Below, in pieces: positions 1-6,493 of a stretch of DNA of 64,000 nt. The position numbers were made by a program, and so were the translations under genes. The DNA is from Bacteroidetes bacterium GWF2_33_38 (GTDB lineage Bacteria > Bacteroidota > Bacteroidia > Bacteroidales > GWF2-33-38): positions 13,557 through 77,556 of the forward strand of contig MEOF01000052.1 of assembly GCA_001769505.1 (NCBI GenBank). The letters are read 5' to 3'. How positions within the stretch are numbered: the stretch's first letter is position 1; each line of letters starts with the position of its first letter. The notes below the pieces were generated by a model. That model was not told where the DNA came from and did no database searches. It saw only the letters and a list, made by a program, of their open reading frames with translations.

Positions 1-458
1 TATTTATTTTAACTATTCCTTTTTTCTTAAAACGATTTGGAATTAAAAACGTAATGTTAATGAGTATGTTTGCTTGGGTTTTACGTTTTGGTTTATTTGC
101 TTATGGCGACCCTATGGGAGGTTTGTGGATGATTATTTTATCGATGATAGTTTACGGAATGGCTTTCGATTTTTTCAATATTTCAGGAGCTTTATTTGTT
201 GAAACACAAACACATCCATCGATGAGAGCAAGTGCTCAAGGTTTATTTATGATGATGACCAACGGTTTAGGAACTATTATTGGAGCATATGGAAGTGGAG
301 TTATAATTGAAAAATTCTTTATGCTTGAAGATGGAAATAGAAATTGGCCAGAAATATGGATTGCATTTGCAGCATATTCATTAGTTGTAGCAATTTTGTT
401 TGCAATTTTATTCCGTCATAAACACGATCCAAAAGTTGTTGCTAATTTTAATCACTAG
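1..458 (+). CDS. nucleoside permease-like MFS transporter (NupG/XapB-like), C-terminal part; 5' end lies outside the window
   Basis: The frame is open from the window edge (..IPFFLKRFGIKNVMLMSMFAWVLRFGLFAYGD..). It has consecutive hydrophobic TM segments and resembles nucleoside:H+ symporters by recall only. Confidence 0.5.
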   Translation, partial: FILTIPFFLKRFGIKNVMLMSMFAWVLRFGLFAYGDPMGGLWMIILSMIVYGMAFDFFNISGALFVETQTHPSMRASAQGLFMMMTNGLGTIIGAYGSGVIIEKFFMLEDGNRNWPEIWIAFAAYSLVVAILFAILFRHKHDPKVVANFNH

Positions 459-545
459 TTTAAAAAGGAAATAAGGATATAGGGAAATAAAGGAATAAGT
501 TAAATTAAAATCTTTGTTTCTCTTTTATTTTTAAAGTAAAAATAT

Positions 546-854
546 ATGATTTCGTCAGAAGAAATAAAACTAATTGCAACTAAAATAAAAGAGAATTTTT
601 TTGTTAAAACAATCATATTGTTTGGCTCTTATGCTTATGGAAAACCTGAAAGCGAAAGCGATATTGACCTTTGTATAATTACTGATGAAAACAAAAGAAA
701 ATTAGAAATTATTAGAGAAATCAGAAAATTATTAATGACAACAATTAAAGAACCTATTGATTTATTGGTTTATAAAGTTGATGAATTTAATGAGCGTTCT
801 ACCATAAAAAGCACACTTGAATATAAAATTAAAAACGACGGAATTTATTTATAA
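546..854 (+). CDS. minimal nucleotidyltransferase (MNT, MntA-like antitoxin)
   Basis: Contains the GS-X(9-10)-DXD nucleotidyltransferase motif (LFGSYAYGKPESESDIDLCIITD). Its stop overlaps the start of the downstream HEPN ORF by 1 nt (TAATG). Confidence 0.8.
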   Translation: MISSEEIKLIATKIKENFFVKTIILFGSYAYGKPESESDIDLCIITDENKRKLEIIREIRKLLMTTIKEPIDLLVYKVDEFNERSTIKSTLEYKIKNDGIYL

Positions 855-1243
855 TGAGCAAAGTTGATGTTGTAAAAGAATGGTTTTATTTAGCTGAAAC
901 TGATTTAAAATCGGCAATATTTCTAAAAGGAATGTCCCCAATTCCTGTAGAAATAATTTGCTATCATTGTCAACAATCTTCAGAAAAATATTTAAAAGGA
1001 TTTCTTGCCTTTCACGACGAAAAAATTGTAAAAACTCACGACTTGATTGTTTTAAATAATTTATGTAAAAAATTCAATTCTGAATTTATAAAAATTGAAG
1101 ATTTCTGTTTAAGACTAACCGATTATTCTACAAATATTAGATACCTAGCAACCTTAGATATAACTCAGAATGATATGGAGTTAGCAATTATTGATGCAAC
1201 AAAAATTCAAGAATTTATTTTGAAATTCGATTTCAATTTTTAA
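854..1243 (+). CDS. HEPN domain protein (HepT-like toxin partner of MNT)
   Basis: 129-aa helical protein translationally coupled to the MNT gene. Has a HEPN(PF05168)-like pattern (..KTHDLIVLNNLC.., ..YSTNIRY..). Confidence 0.7.
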   Translation: MSKVDVVKEWFYLAETDLKSAIFLKGMSPIPVEIICYHCQQSSEKYLKGFLAFHDEKIVKTHDLIVLNNLCKKFNSEFIKIEDFCLRLTDYSTNIRYLATLDITQNDMELAIIDATKIQEFILKFDFNF

Positions 1244-1289
1244 AATTTTATTCAAAAGAACAATTACATTTTAAATTTTCATATCGAAA

Positions 1290-2084
1290 ATGAAACAATA
1301 TTTAGATTTATTAGACCACGTTCTAACTACAGGAAACACTAAATCTGACCGCACAGGCACAGGTACAATTAGTATTTTTGGTTATCAAATGCGATTTAAT
1401 TTGAAAGATGGATTTCCACTTTTGACTACAAAAAAAACGCATTTACGTTCAATTACACACGAACTTTTGTGGTTTTTGCAAGGTGATACAAACATAAAAT
1501 ATTTAACCGATAACAAAGTTTCCATATGGGACGAATGGGCTGATGCCGGAGGAAATCTCGGACCAGTTTATGGTTATCAATGGCGTTCGTGGCCAACAAC
1601 AGATGGAAAACACGTTGACCAAATTTCGCAAGTTGTTGATTCTATAAAAAACAATCCAGATTCTCGCCGTCATATTGTAAGTGCTTGGAATGTTGGCGAA
1701 TTAGACAAAATGGCTTTGCCTCCTTGTCATTTATTAATTCAATTTTATGTAAACGATGGAAAACTTTCGTGTCAATTGTATCAACGCAGTGCTGATATTT
1801 TCTTGGGAGTTCCATTCAATATTGCAAGTTATGCAATGCTAACCATGATGATTGCTCAAGTTTGCGGTTTAGAAGCTCATGAATTTGTTCATACGCTGGG
1901 CGATGCACACATTTATTCAAATCATATTGAACAATGTAAATTGCAATTAACTCGAGAACCTCGAAAACTTCCAACAATGAAATTAAATCCAACTATAAAA
2001 AGCATTTTTGATTTTAAATTTGAAGATTTTTCGTTAGAAAATTACGACCCACATCCACATATTAAAGGAGAAATTTCGGTGTAA
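1290..2084 (+). CDS. thyA: thymidylate synthase
   Basis: 264 aa with classic ThyA motifs (DRTGTGT, PPCH active-site Cys, [18 protein letters not shown]). Confidence 0.97.
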   Translation: MKQYLDLLDHVLTTGNTKSDRTGTGTISIFGYQMRFNLKDGFPLLTTKKTHLRSITHELLWFLQGDTNIKYLTDNKVSIWDEWADAGGNLGPVYGYQWRSWPTTDGKHVDQISQVVDSIKNNPDSRRHIVSAWNVGELDKMALPPCHLLIQFYVNDGKLSCQLYQRSADIFLGVPFNIASYAMLTMMIAQVCGLEAHEFVHTLGDAHIYSNHIEQCKLQLTREPRKLPTMKLNPTIKSIFDFKFEDFSLENYDPHPHIKGEISV

Positions 2085-2087
2085 GCT

Positions 2088-4481
2088 CTAAAATTGGATT
2101 CGATATAAAAACATTGGAAAAAAACCTGTTTGGTAATCATAATTAACCGTTTGGTTTCTTGGATTGTATGTTTGTCGGTATATGTTTTTATTGTCAGTAA
2201 CATTTTGCAAATCAATAGCCCATTCTTGATTAAATTTTTTCTTGTTCATTTTAAAACCAATTCTTAAATCAGCTCTAAAATAATCTTCAAATCTATTTTC
2301 AAAAGCCGAAGACCAATTATATTGAGCCTGATTAACAGCTGCCGAAGCCTCAATATCTATCGGAATATATCGCTTACCTCCTGCATAAACGCCCTTTACA
2401 TCAATCGTTAACGAATTATTTCCAATTTTAAATTCATATCCTGCAAGAGCATTGTAAACAAAGTTTCCATTAAAGGCAGTATTTCGTTCGACTCCATCAA
2501 ATCCTGAATATTTCGATTCAAATAATGAAGCTGTCATTAAGAAATAATATCCTTTGCTGAAAAATTTTTCAAAGGTAAATTCAATTCCATAATTTTTACC
2601 TGTTCCTTCGTTTACCAAGCTATCGTAAGTCGATGAGTAAAAATCGTCGCCTGAATTCAAAATTGAATAGGCAAAATTCGATTCAACTACCGGAACATCG
2701 AATAAATATTGATAATACAATTCTGATTTGAATCGGACATTTTCAGAAAATAGTTTTTCGTACGCAAGAACAAGCTGATGCGATTTATAGGTTTTTACAT
2801 CTTTATTTGTGTACAAAATATCATCGTTTTCAAGTTTGGTTTGTAAAAAATAAAAATGTCGAGCCAACATTTGACTATGTAGTCCATATCCTAAACTAAT
2901 CGATTGCGTGTTGGTAATATTATATTTTAATCCCAATCGAGGCTCTGCTGTAACTTCGTTGTTAATTTTAATCATTTGAGAATACAAACCCGAGTTGAGC
3001 ATCAAATTGTCAGAAAAATTATGTTGCCATTGCACGTAAGCTCGAATAATTGATAGGCTTCCCTCTACATTAAAACTATTAACATCTGTATTTATTGAAA
3101 AAACCGTATCGTTATTTTTTAAACTATACAAATCGAAGTACGCTCCGATATTCAAATTGTTTTTTGAATCAAATTTGGTTTTTAAATGAGTTGATACAGA
3201 ATATTTTATTTCGTTATAACTCGAACGATAAAATTTGTACCCCGAACCTTCGATGACTGTTCCTGCAGAATCAAAACGTAATGAATCGACTTGTGTTGAA
3301 GAAGAGTTTCCCTGTACAGCAAGAATTGTTTTGATACGAGTTTTGGTATTAAAAAAATACAAATGAGTTAATCCGACAACTCCGGTATTTGAACCAAATT
3401 TAACATCTGTTCCTAGTAAATTGTAACCCGATTCATCGTCGGTATCGGCATCAACATTTTCGCTATCGTTAAGTTCAATGTAACTAATTCCGCCTAATCC
3501 GATTAAGGAAAATTTACCGATTTTTGTTTTAGCAAAATCTAATTTAAAAGTCAAATCCTGATATTGCGGAATTGCAGAACCTGCACCGAAATTTAAGCCC
3601 ATTGCACTCATCACTCCCAACGTTGAATATCTATAATTTGCTAAATACGATGAGTTGTGTTTGTCGGAAAAAGGTCCTTCGGCTCCCAATTCAAAACCGT
3701 TAAACCCTATTTGCCCAACGTATTCGCGTTTGTAAGTATTTCCTGCTCTCATATTCAAATCGAAAACTCCCGATATTGCATTTCCGTATTCGGCAGGAAA
3801 TGCTCCAGTAAAAAAATCAGAGTTTGTAAGCAAATTATTGTTAAGCATGCTTACCGGACCTCCCGTTGTGCCGGCAGCTCCGAAATGGTTTGGGTTGGGA
3901 ATTTCAACTCCATCGAGTCGCCAAAGCAAACCTGATGGAGAGTTTCCTCTAATAATTATATCGTTTCGAGTATCGCTAACCATCGAAACACCTGCATAAT
4001 TTGCAGCCATTCTCGAAGGGTCGCCCAAACTTCCTGCAAATCGTTCGGTTTCTTCAACTGTAAATGTTCGAGCACTTACGGTTGCCATTTTATTGAGAGC
4101 TTCGTGTTTTCTTCCGCTTGCCGAAATTACAACTTCATCAGTCTGAATCACATTTTCAATAAGCTGTACATTTATTACAATTTCTTTCCCCGAACTCACA
4201 TTCAAATTGTTAACCAAAAAGGTTTTAAAACCCATGTACGAAACCTGTATAGCCTGCCTTCCGATTGGGACATTTTGCAATATAAATTCTCCGTTTATAT
4301 CCGAAATTGTTCCATTTACCGGATTCGACTCTAATAAAACTACACTTGCTCCGGGAATCGGTATTTGCGAATATTTATCAATCACCGTTCCTCTAATGTT
4401 TTGCATAATATCTTGAGCAAAAGCTATCGAAAGGCTTGCTGTCAATAATAAAGTTATCGTTAACGTCTTTTTTAAGTTCAT
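2088..4481 (-). CDS. TonB-dependent receptor-like outer-membrane protein with N-terminal CarboxypepD_reg domain
   Basis: Signal peptide, then a carboxypeptidase-regulatory-like domain (IRGTVIDKYSQIPIPGASVVL), then a plug-like region (IIIRGNSPSGLLWRLDGVEIPNPNHF). The long beta-barrel part ends in an aromatic residue (..YRIQF). Confidence 0.75.
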   Translation of the reverse strand: MNLKKTLTITLLLTASLSIAFAQDIMQNIRGTVIDKYSQIPIPGASVVLLESNPVNGTISDINGEFILQNVPIGRQAIQVSYMGFKTFLVNNLNVSSGKEIVINVQLIENVIQTDEVVISASGRKHEALNKMATVSARTFTVEETERFAGSLGDPSRMAANYAGVSMVSDTRNDIIIRGNSPSGLLWRLDGVEIPNPNHFGAAGTTGGPVSMLNNNLLTNSDFFTGAFPAEYGNAISGVFDLNMRAGNTYKREYVGQIGFNGFELGAEGPFSDKHNSSYLANYRYSTLGVMSAMGLNFGAGSAIPQYQDLTFKLDFAKTKIGKFSLIGLGGISYIELNDSENVDADTDDESGYNLLGTDVKFGSNTGVVGLTHLYFFNTKTRIKTILAVQGNSSSTQVDSLRFDSAGTVIEGSGYKFYRSSYNEIKYSVSTHLKTKFDSKNNLNIGAYFDLYSLKNNDTVFSINTDVNSFNVEGSLSIIRAYVQWQHNFSDNLMLNSGLYSQMIKINNEVTAEPRLGLKYNITNTQSISLGYGLHSQMLARHFYFLQTKLENDDILYTNKDVKTYKSHQLVLAYEKLFSENVRFKSELYYQYLFDVPVVESNFAYSILNSGDDFYSSTYDSLVNEGTGKNYGIEFTFEKFFSKGYYFLMTASLFESKYSGFDGVERNTAFNGNFVYNALAGYEFKIGNNSLTIDVKGVYAGGKRYIPIDIEASAAVNQAQYNWSSAFENRFEDYFRADLRIGFKMNKKKFNQEWAIDLQNVTDNKNIYRQTYNPRNQTVNYDYQTGFFPMFLYRIQF

Positions 4482-4689
4482 AAAGTTTATCTAGTTTATA
4501 AAGTCCATAAAGTTTTTAAAGTAGAAAGAAAAGAGATTAGAAGTTGGACGTTAGATGGGCTCGAGTAGCTTGGACATTCTTGTCCGAGAAAATTTATTCG
4601 TGAATGCGATAAGTTATTCAAGTTCATAAAGTCCATAAAATTTGTAAAGTTTTTAAATCTGGGGGATTATATAATTTCAATTTCTAAAA

Positions 4690-5067
4690 TTAAATAGTTT
4701 TTTCGTCTGTGCAAAGTTTAGCCTTTTTATACTTTTTTGCAATAATAAAAATACCTATTGCATAAAGAGCAATGTTAAATATTCCTATCGAGAATACTCC
4801 AATTGAGAATATTCCTGCCGAAAATATTCCTATTGAGAACATTCCTGCCGAAAAAACACCAATACTAAAATCACCGGCTGCGAAAAAGCCCATCGAAAAC
4901 CGACCTGCACTAAAAATTTCATAATGGTTAAAATGTAAAATTCCAGCTACTAAAATTAACACTAAAGCTGTTCCTAAAATCCAAAAATTTGTTTTCATAA
5001 TTCGTTTGTTTTTTTTGATTAATAAAAATTTGTTTCTGCAATGATACGAGCTAAAAAATCGTTGCAA
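4690..5067 (-). CDS. small membrane protein with tandem G-x-F-S-x pentapeptide repeats; likely true start at the internal Met (MKTNFW.., about nt 4998)
   Basis: The sequence FSAGRFSMGFFAAGDFSIGVFSAGMFSIGIFSAGIFSIGVFSIGIF is encoded by 15-nt tandem DNA repeats. No family recognised. Confidence 0.45.
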   Translation of the reverse strand: MQRFFSSYHCRNKFLLIKKNKRIMKTNFWILGTALVLILVAGILHFNHYEIFSAGRFSMGFFAAGDFSIGVFSAGMFSIGIFSAGIFSIGVFSIGIFNIALYAIGIFIIAKKYKKAKLCTDEKTI

Positions 5068-5147
5068 AAATTTATGTGATTACGAACTATAAAATGTGAT
5101 AACAAACTAGCTTGTGTTGCGATTAGCAAGATTTTGTGACGAAATGC

Positions 5148-5200
5148 AAGCCGTTTTATTTAAAATTTGCCACGAAATTTCGAGAAACTGGAACTAAAAT
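5148..5200. repeat. left copy of a 53-nt imperfect direct repeat bracketing the cas12a locus; a pseudo-3' end of a LytTR gene
   Basis: aagccgttttatttaaaatttgccacgaaatttcgagaaactggaactaaaat matches 10348-10400 at 46/53 positions. On the minus strand it reads VPVSRNFVANFK*, versus the genuine LytTR C-terminus VPVSRNYVVNFK*. Confidence 0.85.
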
Positions 5201-5270
5201 ATCTTTAGAAGCAAAGCTTTAGAAAAAGATAAAAAGCAATACTCTACCAATAATGTTAGAAGCAAATATT

Positions 5271-5336
5271 AGAAGCAAAGCTTTTTGAAAAAGCTTTGCT
5301 TCTTTTTGCTTCTTTTCACCAAAAAGCGTTGCTTTT
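5271..5336. repeat. REP-like unit 1: perfect 16-1-16 palindrome agaagcaaagcttttt-g-aaaaagctttgcttct plus a conserved tail
   Basis: Palindrome at 5271-5303. The tail ..tgcttctt..ccaaaaagcgttgctt is shared with the unit at 5748-5828. Degenerate half-copies lie at 5207-5240 and 5257-5267. Confidence 0.8.
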
Positions 5337-5623
5337 TTTACCAATAGTAGAAATTTTAAAAAACGATTTGACAAACAACTATGCTTTGATTCCCAAGGCT
5401 ATCTACAATAGTAGAAATTTTTAAAAACGATTTGACCGTCAATTGTCATTTCTGTATTTTAAATCTACAATAGTAGAAATTTTTAAAAACGATTTGACGT
5501 ATTTTATCTCTATTCTAAGCTCGTATCTACAATAGTAGAAATTTTTAAAAACGATTTGACACAAATATTTCTTGAAAGGCACTACCAATCTACAATAGTA
5601 GAAATTTTAAAAGCCGATTTGAC
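5337..5623 (-). CRISPR. type V-A CRISPR array: 5 repeats of 36 nt and 4 spacers (26-28 nt), transcribed on the minus strand
   Basis: Repeats lie at 5337-5372 (degenerate), 5401-5436, 5463-5498, 5525-5560 and 5588-5623 (3 substitutions). The minus-strand consensus GTCAAATCGTTTTTAAAAATTTCTACTATTGTAGAT ends in the canonical Cas12a handle AATTTCTAC-TATT-GTAGAT. Confidence 0.95.
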
Positions 5624-5650
5624 TCTATGGTCAAAACCAGCACAAGCAAA

Positions 5651-5665
5651 GGTACAAAATATAAG
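5651..5665 (-). promoter_or_regulatory. candidate CRISPR leader promoter (near-consensus Bacteroidota -7 box)
   Basis: The minus strand reads cttaTATATTTTGtacc about 30 nt upstream of the first repeat. It is close to, but not exactly, TAnnTTTG. Confidence 0.25.
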
Positions 5666-5747
5666 GGTTTTTCAAACAAATAATGAAAACTATTTTACCC
5701 CACCTCGTAAAAAAAAAATACAACTATTTCAAATAACTAATTGTTTT

Positions 5748-5828
5748 AGAAGCAAAGCTTTTTAAAAAAGCTTTGCTTCTTTGTGCTTCTTATTGTTTCT
5801 TTTCTCCAAAAAGCGTTGCTTCTTGCTT
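5748..5828. repeat. REP-like unit 2: palindrome agaagcaaagcttttt-a-aaaaagctttgcttct plus a conserved tail
   Basis: Palindrome at 5748-5780. The tail aligns with unit 1 apart from a roughly 13-nt indel. It sits between the RAYT stop and the CRISPR leader. Confidence 0.8.
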
Positions 5829-5839
5829 CAATAAAGCAT

Positions 5840-6430
5840 CTAATCAAAAGAGAATTGTTTAATTAATTCAAACGAAATTTTTTTCTTATGAAAAAATATG
5901 AAATTTTCTTTGTTATCGAACCATTCTATTACCGCTTGTCGTTGCAAATTCGATGGTTTATCGCTCAAAATGCTATTGTAGCTACTCCACTTGTATGCCC
6001 TAAAATCGTTAACATAACCATGGAGTTGTGGATTAGCATGAATATAAAAGACAAGGTTTGTAAAATATTCATTCGTATATATTTCTATTCTTTTGAAAGG
6101 ATTTTCAAATAAACTACCATGCCTACTTTGTTGTTTATTTGTAGCTTTAGAATAACTTGTAAAAAAACGATGAAATGCTTGACTTGGCTTTTCTAAAAGC
6201 TTTGCTTTTTGTAAAAGCAAAGCTTTTTCTTTCACACGTATCAACAAATGAAAATGATTTGGTAATAAACAATATGCAAATGTTTCGACATAATCAGATA
6301 AATATTCGTTATACCGATTGAGAAAAAAGATGTAATTAAGTTCGTTAAAAAATATTTTATCGGAATTATTTCCTCGATTAAAAATATGATAATATTTCCC
6401 TTCTTCGAGTTCTAGTTGATGCTTTTTCAT
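5840..6430 (-). CDS. IS200/RAYT-like Y1 HUH transposase (REP-associated tyrosine transposase-like)
   Basis: HUH motif LLPNHFHLLIRV and C-terminal Tyr motif FYIHANPQLHGYV..WSSY, typical of COG1943/Y1_Tnp proteins. The gene is flanked on both sides by the same REP-like palindrome. Confidence 0.8.
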   Translation of the reverse strand: MKKHQLELEEGKYYHIFNRGNNSDKIFFNELNYIFFLNRYNEYLSDYVETFAYCLLPNHFHLLIRVKEKALLLQKAKLLEKPSQAFHRFFTSYSKATNKQQSRHGSLFENPFKRIEIYTNEYFTNLVFYIHANPQLHGYVNDFRAYKWSSYNSILSDKPSNLQRQAVIEWFDNKENFIFFHKKKISFELIKQFSFD

Positions 6431-6446
6431 GTTTTATTCAGTTTAT

Positions 6447-6479
6447 AGAAGCAAAGCTTTTTGAAAAAGCTTTGCTTCT
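6447..6479. repeat. REP-like palindrome 3 (identical to 5271-5303), in the 63-bp gap between the cas12a stop and the RAYT start
   Basis: agaagcaaagctttttgaaaaagctttgcttct, with perfect 16-bp arms. Confidence 0.85.
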
Positions 6480-6493
6480 TATGTCATTACCTC

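Noticed and set aside
3657-4416. Plus-strand ORFs inside the TonB-dependent receptor gene (3657-3935, 4104-4334, 4207-4416), and similar antisense ORFs inside other long genes
   Set aside because: They are nested antisense to well-supported CDSs and have no motifs, as is typical for long open antisense frames.
5337-5623. Self-targeting by the four spacers within this window, and a tracrRNA or anti-repeat near the array
   Set aside because: Only short (up to 9 nt) chance matches were noticed by eye, for example spacer 3 versus 53461-53470. A proper alignment is needed. Type V-A systems do not use a tracrRNA, and no anti-repeat was seen.
5556-5765. 69-aa plus-strand ORF in the track
   Set aside because: It runs through CRISPR repeats and a spacer, the leader and a REP palindrome, so it is an artefact of translating the array.
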